DNA of 32,000 bases from contig ACYB01000022.1 of assembly GCA_000175855.1 (NCBI GenBank), forward strand, positions 1-32,000, read 5' to 3'. The translations under genes were made by a program, and so were the position numbers. This DNA comes from Raphidiopsis brookii D9. Its GTDB lineage: Bacteria; Cyanobacteriota; Cyanobacteriia; Cyanobacteriales; Nostocaceae. Below are positions 20,407 through 29,895 of the stretch, piece by piece (the stretch's first letter is position 1; every line of letters begins with the position of its first letter). The notes under the pieces are model-generated. The model made no database searches. It was not told where the DNA came from and was given only the letters and a program-made list of their open reading frames with translations.

Positions 20407-20844
20407 CTAAAGGGATCTGATAAATTCCATAAACAACCAGATCACAATGGCTAAATGTAGTATAAAGGTTAACAAGGTCCAAATACAAGGTATCCAAAAC
20501 AGCATGGGACTTGAGGGCAAATAATAGGCACTTATACCAATCAAGAATGTAGGAAGCATGACAAAAGCTATTCCAGCTACAGCATAACCCCACCCCAACT
20601 CCATACCTTCTATTTGTCCCTGATCCCAATTATCACCATTCCAATGCCATATTAGGGGAGGTTGTCGGGAAGGCATTTTGACCTGCTGTGATTGTAAGTT
20701 GACCGTAAAAATCTCTTGACAAAAGTCACAAAACATTGCCTCCATTAAAGGCATAGTCTCAATTTTGCCAACGCGACAGGATGGACATGGGTATCTTTGA
20801 TTAAAATTTAAAGGTCTAGAGACAATTGGTAAATTCTTCATCAT
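20407..20844 (-). CDS. Hypothetical membrane protein with N-terminal zinc-ribbon-like motif
   Basis: CPSC...x17...CDFC (a four-Cys ribbon) is followed by hydrophobic helices (YAVAGIAFVMLPTFLIGISAYY; IPCIWTLLTFILHLAIVIWLF). Confidence 0.65.
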   Translation of the reverse strand: MMKNLPIVSRPLNFNQRYPCPSCRVGKIETMPLMEAMFCDFCQEIFTVNLQSQQVKMPSRQPPLIWHWNGDNWDQGQIEGMELGWGYAVAGIAFVMLPTFLIGISAYYLPSSPMLFWIPCIWTLLTFILHLAIVIWLFMEFIRSL

Positions 20845-20927
20845 ACGCCCTCACAAATTATTAACCACCCTATAGAGATCCCAATCTAACCAGGTCAATA
20901 GTAAATGCGATCGCCTGGAGTCCTCAG

Positions 20928-23564
20928 CTATTTCAAGGACCCTAACAAATTATCTTTAGCACTTTCTAAAGCTTGTGGTAACTTACTAGCATCCCTACCT
21001 CCAGCTTGGGCAAGATTGGGTTTTCCACCACCTCCCCCACCACAGAGTTTTGCTATGTTACCAACAAACTTGCCAGCTTGCAAACCTTTTTCATTAACAT
21101 GAGAACTAAATGCAGCGACTATACTAACCTTTCCAGGTTCAGGAATGGAAGCTAAAACCACTGCTCCATTGACAATTTTTTGCAATAGTCTTTCAGCAGC
21201 ATCCTTGAGGGATTCTGGATCAATATCGGTCATTTGTGCCACAATAATTTTATGTTCCCCTACTACCTGGGCGGTTTGTAATAAACTATCGGATTTAACT
21301 ATAGCCAACTGGGACTTGAGATTTTGAATTACCTTCTCATTGTGGCGAAGCTCAGTTTGTAAAATGGTGATTCTATCGGGAATTTCCTCCGGTTTGACCT
21401 TAAATCGGTTACTTAGGTCCTTGACCACCTGATCGCGGATATTTAAATAGTCCAAAACTGCTGCACCAGATACTGCTTCTATTCTTCTGATTCCCGCAGA
21501 AACTCCCACTTGAGAAATAATTTTGAAAACCCCAATTTCTCCAGTGTTATTTACATGGGTTCCCCCACATAACTCCATAGAAACACCAGGGAAATCTATT
21601 ACCCGCACGTGGTCACCATATTTCTCCCCAAACATGGCCACCGCACCTCTAGCTTTCGCTTCTGGTAATGGTAATATCTCCACCTGAGCTGGATGTGCTT
21701 GAGAAATCCAAGCATTTACCAGATCCTCCACCTGTTGAACCTCATCTTCAGTTAAAGATCTAGAACAATTAAAATCAAATCTCAATCTGTCAAACGAAAC
21801 CAGAGAACCTGCTTGAGAAATTCCTTCATCTACAATTTTCTTTAGTGCAGCTTGTAATAAATGAGTTGCGGTGTGATTAGCTTGGGCGCGACGACGATTA
21901 CCAGTGTCAACTTGAGCAGTTACACTATCCCCCACTTTCACCGTACCCCTTTCTATTTTGCCAAAATGAATAAAGAAATCCGATTCTTTTTTGACATCTT
22001 CAATTCTGATTAAAAGTCCGTCACCGGAAATATAACCTTGGTCTCCAATTTGTCCACCAGATTCCGCATAAAATGGGGTTTTATCCAGGACAATTTGCAC
22101 GTTAGTTCCCCCTGTTGCTGTTGCTTGGGCAATACCTTCCACTAACAAGACGGCAATTTTGGCTGTTGTAGCTAATTGTCTATAACCAATAAACTCGGTA
22201 GAGTGAATATGTTCTGCTAGTTTATCTAGGGAACCCTGGACTGTTAAATCAATGGTTTCGTGTGCAGCTTTTGCACGTTCTATTTGCTTGTGCATTTCTG
22301 TATTGAACCCTTCCACATCCACGCTTAGACTTTGCTCTTGGGCAATTTCTTGGGTTAGTTCTAAGGGAAAACCGTAGGTATCATATAGGGTAAAAGCACT
22401 TTCCCCAGAAATGACAGTTAAACCCTGTTGTTTTACCTCTTGAATAATTTCCCCCAGTAGTTTTTCTCCCCTGTCCAAAGTTTTTAAAAAGTTACCTTCT
22501 TCCCGTTGTAGTTCAGCTTTAATAACTGTTTCTCTTTGGCGTAAATGGGGATACACCGACTGGGAAAGGGAAATTGCCGTTTCTGCAACTTGGTTGATAA
22601 ATTCTCCAGGAATTCCTATTAATCTTCCATGTCTAACAACCCGACGAATCAACCGACGCAAAATATATCCCCTACCAACGTTAGATGCACGAATTTCATC
22701 GGCGATCATGTGTACTACAGCCCGCACATGGTCACCAATAACTTTTAGGGAAACTTTGGTATTTTCGTCACTGTCATGATAGTTGATTTTGGCAATTTTT
22801 GCTGCAGTTTCAATAATAGGAAAAATCAGATCTGTTTCATAATTATTGGGAACTTTTTGGAGAATTTGTGCCATTCTCTCCAAACCCATGCCAGTATCAA
22901 TGTTTTTATTTTGTAAGGGTGTTAAATTTCCAGATATATCCCGATTATACTGCATAAACACCAAATTATAAAACTCGATAAATCGGGTATCATCTTCTAA
23001 ATCAATATGATCATCTCCCAGTTCTGGGTGAAAATCATAATAAATTTCTGAACAAGGACCACAAGGACCTGTTGGACCAGAAACCCAAAAGTTGTCGTCA
23101 GCACCCATCCGCTTAATGCGTTTTTCTGGGACACCAATTTGTTGTTGCCAAATATTAAAGGCCTCGTCATCGTCTTCAAATACACTGACCACTAATCTTT
23201 CCGGAGGTAATCCAAAAACCTGTGTGGATATTTCCCACCCCCAAGCAATTGCTTGTTCTTTGAAATAGTCACCAAAACTAAAATTCCCTAACATTTCAAA
23301 AAATGTGTGATGGCGTTTTGTCCTTCCCACATTTTCAATGTCATTAGTACGAATACATTTTTGTGATGTAGTAGCTCGTTTGAATTCTGCTGTGCGCTGT
23401 CCTAAAAATATGGGTTTAAACGGCAACATACCCGCAATCGTCAGCAGCACTGTGGGATCTTCTGGTACTAGGGAAGCGCTGGGGAGGGGTTGGTGTTGTC
23501 TTTGGGTGTAAAAGTCGAGGAATAGTTGACGAATATGGTTACCGCTAAGATACTTTGATGACAT
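20928..23564 (-). CDS. alaS: Alanine--tRNA ligase
   Basis: The 878-aa product carries class II motifs including RHHTFFEMLGNFSFGDYFK, the editing-domain HTATHLL...CGGTHV, and a C-terminal GGGGGGKPNLAQAGG (DHHA1-type) tail. Confidence 0.96.
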   Translation of the reverse strand: MSSKYLSGNHIRQLFLDFYTQRQHQPLPSASLVPEDPTVLLTIAGMLPFKPIFLGQRTAEFKRATTSQKCIRTNDIENVGRTKRHHTFFEMLGNFSFGDYFKEQAIAWGWEISTQVFGLPPERLVVSVFEDDDEAFNIWQQQIGVPEKRIKRMGADDNFWVSGPTGPCGPCSEIYYDFHPELGDDHIDLEDDTRFIEFYNLVFMQYNRDISGNLTPLQNKNIDTGMGLERMAQILQKVPNNYETDLIFPIIETAAKIAKINYHDSDENTKVSLKVIGDHVRAVVHMIADEIRASNVGRGYILRRLIRRVVRHGRLIGIPGEFINQVAETAISLSQSVYPHLRQRETVIKAELQREEGNFLKTLDRGEKLLGEIIQEVKQQGLTVISGESAFTLYDTYGFPLELTQEIAQEQSLSVDVEGFNTEMHKQIERAKAAHETIDLTVQGSLDKLAEHIHSTEFIGYRQLATTAKIAVLLVEGIAQATATGGTNVQIVLDKTPFYAESGGQIGDQGYISGDGLLIRIEDVKKESDFFIHFGKIERGTVKVGDSVTAQVDTGNRRRAQANHTATHLLQAALKKIVDEGISQAGSLVSFDRLRFDFNCSRSLTEDEVQQVEDLVNAWISQAHPAQVEILPLPEAKARGAVAMFGEKYGDHVRVIDFPGVSMELCGGTHVNNTGEIGVFKIISQVGVSAGIRRIEAVSGAAVLDYLNIRDQVVKDLSNRFKVKPEEIPDRITILQTELRHNEKVIQNLKSQLAIVKSDSLLQTAQVVGEHKIIVAQMTDIDPESLKDAAERLLQKIVNGAVVLASIPEPGKVSIVAAFSSHVNEKGLQAGKFVGNIAKLCGGGGGGKPNLAQAGGRDASKLPQALESAKDNLLGSLK

Positions 23565-23640
23565 GAGGTTTGATAAAATCTATTTTTAGTTGATGAGGCC
23601 AATATGACTATGTTAGTCTTATTTGATTGGTTAGTGGTAA

Positions 23641-24309
23641 TCAAGCAATCAATTTTTTGCACTCTTCCACATCCAATCTGTTTCTCATAGCTTGCACTAG
23701 ATGTTGGTAGGTGTGCCAATTTTGCTCGAGCAAATTTTTGGCTTGTAATAAATGAAATCTTTGTTTCTGTTCAAAAAGTGTTTCTTGAAAACCTAGGACT
23801 GTCAAAAATTGATTTAATTTGGCTTTATCATCACCCCCACCTTCTGCGGAATTAAAAACCAACAGTTCTGCTGCTATCCCGGCCATCCAGATATTACAAT
23901 ATTTTTCCACCATAGAAACTCCTATTTTTCCTCGCTCTAATTGTTTGGCAATTTCATCGTCTCCTAAAATTATTCCCCCTTGTCCTGGTTGTCCAACTTT
24001 CCATGCTTCCCATGCACTTAGGGTGTATCCTGTAACGGTGATTCCTAACAGGTGAGCAACTAAAAAGTGTCCCGCTTCATGATAGATAATTCGCTCTTTA
24101 TAGGTCGGTGAAAATCTGGCTAACCAATCCAAAAATATGGTTCCTCCCCTCCCCTCGAATCGAAAATTATCTAAGGTGGCAATTCCTAAGAATCCTAATA
24201 TGGTTAGTGCAGGAATGGTGGGTGACAGGTGGATTAGTGGACCCAATAGGGTAGATAGGGTCATCAAAAAAACACAGATGGCTATTAGATTAATGGCGGT
24301 TTGATTCAT
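23641..24309 (-). CDS. Membrane protein with HEXXH zinc-metalloprotease motif (possibly chloroplast VIR3-like)
   Basis: Two N-terminal TM helices are followed by IYHEAGHFLVAHLLG (HEAGH). The family assignment is from memory only. Confidence 0.6.
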   Translation of the reverse strand: MNQTAINLIAICVFLMTLSTLLGPLIHLSPTIPALTILGFLGIATLDNFRFEGRGGTIFLDWLARFSPTYKERIIYHEAGHFLVAHLLGITVTGYTLSAWEAWKVGQPGQGGIILGDDEIAKQLERGKIGVSMVEKYCNIWMAGIAAELLVFNSAEGGGDDKAKLNQFLTVLGFQETLFEQKQRFHLLQAKNLLEQNWHTYQHLVQAMRNRLDVEECKKLIA

Positions 24310-24363
24310 GGTACCAAAAAAAACAGTAAAAAAAGAGTTTAATAGTTAATTTTACCATCTTGG

Positions 24364-25152
24364 TCAATTCCAAAACTGCCGAAAATCTTCATCTTCATCG
24401 CTTAATTTCACCCATTCCAAATTCAATGATTCTAGTTTCTTCACTAAACAATCACAAGCTGGACGCTCTGTTGCATAATGACCAGCATCAATTAAAATCA
24501 GTCCCTGATCTCTACTCTCTTGAAATTGATGGAACTTACAGTCAGCAGTTAAGTAGACTTGAGCTTTTGTTTTTACTACTGCGGAAATAAATCCAGCTCC
24601 GGATCCCCCCAAAACTGCTACTCTCCATATTTCTTCCCCAAGATTACCATGGGGTGAAAAAATCAGTTTTGGTGGTTTTAGTTTGGCTTGAATTATTTTT
24701 AGTAGTTCTTCTAGTTTTATAGCTGGATCTAATTTGCCTACTCTACCATAGCCTAAACCTAATTGTGTAGGCACTATGGGTAATACCTCTTTTAAATCTA
24801 AAATCTTACTTAAAACATCCCCTGTTCCATCCTCTACTTGATCAAAGTTTGTATGGGCACTATATATACCTATGTTGTGGGCAAAAGCCAGCTTGAGAAT
24901 TTCTCCTACTGGTTCCCCAACCTGTATGGATTTGAGTGGATGAAAAATCAGCGGATGATGGGCAAATATCAAGTTCGCTTTTAAGGCGATCGCTTCTTTT
25001 ACTACTGCCAAGGTAGGGGTTAAACAGACTAATACTCGTGACTTTTGTTCTAAAATTCCTGGTTGGATTTGCCAACCACAATTGTCCCAACTTTCGCTCC
25101 AAGCTGGATTTGCCCATTCTTCAAACCAGGCAATTAAATCTACAATTTTCAT
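24364..25152 (-). CDS. NIF3-like dinuclear-metal-centre protein (YbgI/NIF3 family)
   Basis: Motifs seen are N-terminal ESWDNCGWQIQ, ANLIFAHHPLIF, YSAHTNFD and C-terminal IDAGHYATERP. Confidence 0.88.
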   Translation of the reverse strand: MKIVDLIAWFEEWANPAWSESWDNCGWQIQPGILEQKSRVLVCLTPTLAVVKEAIALKANLIFAHHPLIFHPLKSIQVGEPVGEILKLAFAHNIGIYSAHTNFDQVEDGTGDVLSKILDLKEVLPIVPTQLGLGYGRVGKLDPAIKLEELLKIIQAKLKPPKLIFSPHGNLGEEIWRVAVLGGSGAGFISAVVKTKAQVYLTADCKFHQFQESRDQGLILIDAGHYATERPACDCLVKKLESLNLEWVKLSDEDEDFRQFWN

Positions 25153-25164
25153 CTTTTGATAACC

Positions 25165-25578
25165 TTAACCGGAAATGTGGACCACTAACTCCCTATTGTG
25201 ATTGTACTCACGATGTTCCCAAATATAAATGGCTTGCCATGTGCCCAAGACTAAATTTCCGTTGTTAATGGGAATACTTTCACTAGTACGGGTTAAAACT
25301 GTTTTTATATGTCCTGGCATATCGTCTGGACCTTCAGCGTCATGTATGTAGTAATTTCCTTCTGGGACTAATTTCGACATGAAATTTGCCAAATCCCTCA
25401 ACACATCAGGATCAGCATTCTCCTGAATAATTAAACTTGCTGAGGTGTGTCTCAAAAATAAGGTACAAAGTCCAGTTTTCACCCCGGATTCAGTCACAAG
25501 AGCTGCTATTTTTGCTGTGATATTCTGAAATGATTTACCTGTGGTAGCTATTCTTAGTAATTTTTGATATTGTGTCAT
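25165..25578 (-). CDS. yjbQ: YjbQ/UPF0047 family protein (secondary thiamine-phosphate synthase-like)
   Basis: The 137-aa product carries GLCTLFLRHTSASLIIQENADPDV, PDDMPGHIK and LGTWQAIYIWEHR. Confidence 0.85.
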   Translation of the reverse strand: MTQYQKLLRIATTGKSFQNITAKIAALVTESGVKTGLCTLFLRHTSASLIIQENADPDVLRDLANFMSKLVPEGNYYIHDAEGPDDMPGHIKTVLTRTSESIPINNGNLVLGTWQAIYIWEHREYNHNRELVVHISG

Positions 25579-25583
25579 GTCGG

Positions 25584-26669
25584 TTAACTACTTTCTTGCA
25601 AATAATTTATTACTGCTTTGGCTAGGGTTTCATTGCCATTCTTGTCTATGGGTTGTGATTGTTTCGGTGGTTGAGGTGATTCATGTAGAAAATCCCAGTC
25701 TCCCCCAAACAATTCCCTAGGATGAATAATTTGATGGTGATGATAGTTCTCAATCCCCTCTAATAAAAAGACTCCCTCAGCAAATTCATCGCGGGGTATG
25801 GTAATAATAGGTACTCCCAAAAGTATGGCTTCAGCAAAGGTACTATATCCCGGTTTGGAAACTATTTTACCACAAATTGGCATGAAGTCCACGGGACGAT
25901 ATTGGCGATTTTCTATTTTGATTAAGTTGGGTAAATTCGGTGCTTTAGCGTCAGGAGTGATAAATTGCCAATCGGGAAATTGGCTAATATTGTTATATGG
26001 TATGGCTTGTATACCCAAACCCCCAAATGTTAATAGGATGGTTTTTTCCGGGGGGGTATGTATTCCCCAATGACTGCGTATTTCTTCGGGACTAAATTTG
26101 GCAGATCCCCCAGTTAAACCTATATCTCTCACCTGGGGAAAAGCTGACATTGGTTCATGAAATGGCAATCGCCATAATAAGTCACTTTCATGATACCAAT
26201 CTCTAATCCAGTTAGCAATTTCTGTAAATTCTCCCCCCCAGTCTTCATAAATAAAGTCCCAACCAAAGTTACTAATCATCCAACAGGGAATATTCGCCGC
26301 TTTGGCAAATCCCCCAGCTAGAAAGGGAACATCTGCTAAGATTAAATCAACCCGATTTTGCTTCAGAAAATTCACTTCCCTGGCAATTAGTGAATTTTGC
26401 TGCTTTTTAATTTCTCTTAGTTTTTCCAAGGTGGTTTTTTTATCCATTATTAAACTGTCGGCTTGAATTACACCGACATCAAATGCTACTTGTCTCCAGA
26501 TGAAGTCTCCCGGAATATAGGAATCTAACAACCACCTGGGTGCAGTAGTGGCAAGAATTAGGAGCACATCAGGACACAATTTTTGTATCGTTGCTGCTAT
26601 TGATGCCGTACGGGTAGTATGACCAAATCCATGGTTAGTGATGCTTATATAGACAGTTGGTCGTTTCAT
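25584..26669 (-). CDS. GT-B fold glycosyltransferase-like protein of unknown specificity
   Basis: It has an N-terminal ITNHGFGHTTR loop and a C-terminal SKPGYSTFAEAILLGVPIITIPR nucleotide-sugar-binding-like segment. Confidence 0.7.
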   Translation of the reverse strand: MKRPTVYISITNHGFGHTTRTASIAATIQKLCPDVLLILATTAPRWLLDSYIPGDFIWRQVAFDVGVIQADSLIMDKKTTLEKLREIKKQQNSLIAREVNFLKQNRVDLILADVPFLAGGFAKAANIPCWMISNFGWDFIYEDWGGEFTEIANWIRDWYHESDLLWRLPFHEPMSAFPQVRDIGLTGGSAKFSPEEIRSHWGIHTPPEKTILLTFGGLGIQAIPYNNISQFPDWQFITPDAKAPNLPNLIKIENRQYRPVDFMPICGKIVSKPGYSTFAEAILLGVPIITIPRDEFAEGVFLLEGIENYHHHQIIHPRELFGGDWDFLHESPQPPKQSQPIDKNGNETLAKAVINYLQESS

Positions 26670-26683
26670 ATTATTATTTCATA

Positions 26684-27904
26684 CTAGTTACTTTGTACTT
26701 TCATGAACTCTTGGATGGATCCTATTAGTTCATCCATTTCTGATTCCAAGGTCAGGTAATGAATACTTACTCGAATGCAGTTGGGATTGGCAATTGTCCG
26801 AGTGAGAATTTTTACGGGTGGTAAGGAAGATTCCAGATATTGGACCAATTTGCTACTAGGCTGATTATTGGTCATTTGGAAGGAAACTAAACCACTTGCA
26901 GGTGGGGAATCTTTTAAGCATTTGATCTGAGGTACTTCTGTTAGTTTTTGCCACAGATAGGCGCTTTTATGGCAAATTTGTTCATACCTTTCTTCTACCG
27001 TTCCCCATTCATTATGTGTGGCGATCGCCTCTCTTAAACCACTATACAATGGTACTGACAGGGTGGAAACTTCATATCTTCTACCATCCGGTTGCCAACC
27101 TATGGGTTGTGCTTGTGAATTGGTAACTACTCCATCTAAACCAATAAAAGTCGGTTGTAATTGTTCCCTGGCTTGGGGATGGACATACAAACCTCCCACA
27201 CCTGCAGGACCGCATAACCATTTATGTCCAGTAAAAGCATAGAAATCTACTCCCAGTTCTGTTAAACTTGTTAGATTATTTAAGGGGAGAACTCCCACAG
27301 ACTGGGCTCCATCCACCAACACCAAGCAATTATTTCCCCTACTGGGTTCCTTACACAACTTGACTATTTTGTCAAGAGGTAAAACCTGACCAGTATTCCA
27401 TAAAACATGACTTAAAACCACTAATCTGGTGCCAGGTCTTAGATTTTCGGCAATAACACTAACAGGATCTCCCAGGTTCAAGGTCTCCATTAGGGGAAAA
27501 GTGGAAACTTCTACCCCAAACCTCCGACTAATTTCTCTAGCAGTCCCAATTACCCCCGGGTGCTCACAGTCGGAAATTAGTAAGTGGTCACCAACTTGCC
27601 AATTGATTCCCCACATACTAATGTTACACCCAACCGTGACATTCCCCGTGAGAGTAATAGTATCTTTTGTTACTCCTAAAATAGAGGCGATCGCTTCTCT
27701 GGTAGACTGCATTTGAGGTGATATCCAGCTATAAACCTCAGATCCAAAAGGTCCCATTTCCTGGATATATTCTTGGGTGCGGGTGACAGCATCCATTGCG
27801 CTTTGAGGCATTGGTCCTTGTCCCCCATAATTGAAATAAATCTTGTTTGTGAGAGCTGGAAACTTTTGGCGATGGTGATGCAACATAAAAGTACTCGTTA
27901 ACAC
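26684..27904 (-). CDS. Aminotransferase class V-fold PLP enzyme (cysteine desulfurase / cystine lyase-like)
   Basis: Motifs seen are FNYGGQGPMP and the PLP-lysine context FTGHKWLCGPAGVGGLYV. The start is GTG 27904 or ATG 27886. Confidence 0.85.
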   Translation of the reverse strand: MLTSTFMLHHHRQKFPALTNKIYFNYGGQGPMPQSAMDAVTRTQEYIQEMGPFGSEVYSWISPQMQSTREAIASILGVTKDTITLTGNVTVGCNISMWGINWQVGDHLLISDCEHPGVIGTAREISRRFGVEVSTFPLMETLNLGDPVSVIAENLRPGTRLVVLSHVLWNTGQVLPLDKIVKLCKEPSRGNNCLVLVDGAQSVGVLPLNNLTSLTELGVDFYAFTGHKWLCGPAGVGGLYVHPQAREQLQPTFIGLDGVVTNSQAQPIGWQPDGRRYEVSTLSVPLYSGLREAIATHNEWGTVEERYEQICHKSAYLWQKLTEVPQIKCLKDSPPASGLVSFQMTNNQPSSKLVQYLESSLPPVKILTRTIANPNCIRVSIHYLTLESEMDELIGSIQEFMKVQSN

Positions 27905-27954
27905 GGTTCTAGGAAAGGTTAGGGAAAATTTAATTTAAGTCTAATTTTAATTTA

Positions 27955-29403
27955 ATGATCATTAATGCTGAACTTCTCCTTCAATATCAACGGTGTAAAC
28001 GAAGATCTTTCTTGGATGTTCACGGCGATTATCAGCAACGTGATATTCCCCATGAGCTGTTGGTAAAAATGCAGCAAGACAAGATTACACATAGGGAAAG
28101 TGTGTTAGAACACTTAATCTACGATCAACCTGACTATCCCCCTCGAAACTGGGAAATGGGTGCAGCAGCAACTATTAGGTTAATGCAGCAGGGGGTTAAT
28201 ATGATCTACCGAGGAGTGTTGTTAGCAACTTACGAGGACAAGTATACCTTACTCAGTCGTCCGGATCTACTGGTTAAACAACCAGGGAAATCCAGTTTGG
28301 GAGATTGGTTATATGTACCCGTGGATATTCAACTAGGTAAACGTCCTAAACAAGAATATCAAGTGGTAGCTGCTTTTCACGCAGAAATTGTGGGAGCTTT
28401 ACAGGAGGTAATGTTAGCAGCATGTTGGCTAGTCTTACGCAGCAAGGAAACAATTTATGCCGTTGACTTGTATAAGTGGAGACCACAAATGTTAGATATT
28501 TTGGCGGACTATGTTCAGGTAATGAGTTCATCAGAAGCACCCGAAGTATTTATAGCTAGGCAAAAATGTAATCTTTGTCATTGGTACAATCATTGTTATA
28601 GTATTGCTCGAGAGCAGCAGCATCTTTCCTTATTACCGGGAGTGACACCAGTTCGTTATAATTATTTAAGAAGTAAATCTATTAATAGTTTAGACTTGCT
28701 TGCAAAAACCCAACCCAGTAGTTTAGAAAATGTCACTGGGTTTGATTATAAGATAGCGTGGAAGTTAGTAATACAGGCCCAGTCCACATTAAGACAAACC
28801 GCTTTAATACTACCCGAAACAGTGGTAAGAGGGAATCTAATATCTAATGTAGGCATTGAGCTATATTTTGATATTGAAGCTCAACCGGATTTAAATTTGA
28901 ATTATTTATTAGGGGTTTTAGTAGTTGATATAGAAAATAAGCAAGAAACATTTTATTCATTTTTAGCCACAAAACCCGAAGAAGAGGAATTAATTTGGCA
29001 GCAATTTGTGGATTTAGTTTGCCAATATCCCCATTCCCCCATTTATCACTTTTGTAATTATGAAGTAGAAACAGTAAATAAATTGGGGAAACTCTATGGC
29101 ACACCCGATAGTATAACTAGGATGATTCTCACTCGTTTTGTAGATATTTACGAGCAATTAATTGAAACCGTTGCTTTGCCAATAGAAAGTTATGCACTCA
29201 AAGCGATCGCCAATTGGTTAGGATTTACATGGCGAGATCCCAAAGCAAATGGTGCCAAATGTATTTATTGGTATGATCAATGGTTGGAAACAGGCGATCG
29301 GGAGTTTTTAAAAATGATTCAGGTTTACAATGAGGATGATTGTTATGCTACCCGTCGGGTGAAAGATTGGTTAGTTACCTTTACCAAAGATTTTTTGCTT
29401 TAA
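27955..29403 (+). CDS. TM0106-type RecB-like nuclease: Cas4-like PD-(D/E)XK/4-Cys domain plus C-terminal RNase H-like (DEDD-type) domain
   Basis: It has an N-terminal Cys (QRCKRRSFLD), RPDLL...VPVDIQLGK and CNLCHWYNHC (C-x2-C-x5-C). An HhH-like LLPGVTP...LRSKSINSLDLLA follows, then FDIE, HFCNYE and YNEDDC exonuclease-like motifs. Confidence 0.8.
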   Translation: MIINAELLLQYQRCKRRSFLDVHGDYQQRDIPHELLVKMQQDKITHRESVLEHLIYDQPDYPPRNWEMGAAATIRLMQQGVNMIYRGVLLATYEDKYTLLSRPDLLVKQPGKSSLGDWLYVPVDIQLGKRPKQEYQVVAAFHAEIVGALQEVMLAACWLVLRSKETIYAVDLYKWRPQMLDILADYVQVMSSSEAPEVFIARQKCNLCHWYNHCYSIAREQQHLSLLPGVTPVRYNYLRSKSINSLDLLAKTQPSSLENVTGFDYKIAWKLVIQAQSTLRQTALILPETVVRGNLISNVGIELYFDIEAQPDLNLNYLLGVLVVDIENKQETFYSFLATKPEEEELIWQQFVDLVCQYPHSPIYHFCNYEVETVNKLGKLYGTPDSITRMILTRFVDIYEQLIETVALPIESYALKAIANWLGFTWRDPKANGAKCIYWYDQWLETGDREFLKMIQVYNEDDCYATRRVKDWLVTFTKDFLL

Positions 29404-29895
29404 AGCTAAAGTGCGCGGTCGTCCGGTTGTCCCAGAAAAACCTAAACCTGCGCGGAATATTTCTGGAATATAAAATCTGGTAGCTTCATCCTTATCCTTA
29501 TCTTCATAAATTACACCTATTTCTTCCAACACTCTGATAGTATTCTGGTCAGCTTTTAAGTGGTTTACATCAAAGGGAATTTTCTTTTCTGGTAATGAAG
29601 GCAGTGTTTTTTCTACCCAGGTTTTGAACTGAGGATATTCTTCTTTGACTTCTTCGACTTTCTCTTGACTACAGGGTTGGAGTGCTTGACGAATTGCTTG
29701 AGGGGGTAGCAATCGGGTAGAAAACCATTTTGTTGAGGTTTCCTTTGAGGTATCCAATGTACGACTGGTGGCAAAATATAAAAAGCGAATTATATCTCTA
29801 GCTTGCAGATTGCCCTTAAAATCAGTTAACGCAGCGAATATCCAGGAAGCTGTATTGGCTTCCTTTGATTTATCAGAACCTAGCTTCTGTCCCCA
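29371..29895 (-). pseudogene. C-terminal continuation of the dual-NTPase gene in a shifted frame
   Basis: This frame opens immediately after the stop codon at 29896-29898. It reads WGQKLGSDKSKEANTASWIFAALTDFKGNLQARDIIRFLYFATS... with no ATG or GTG before the TTG at 29757 used by the ORF track. Deleting one A in AAATTAATGG joins ...ELQKL to WGQKLG... Confidence 0.6.

Noticed and set aside
20360-20629. 89-aa minus-strand ORF overlapping the 20407..20844 gene and extending into the 3' region
   Set aside because: It overlaps a better-supported ORF (zinc ribbon plus TM helices) in another frame and has Trp/Cys/Arg-rich unnatural composition. The downstream part is better explained as a 3' UTR.
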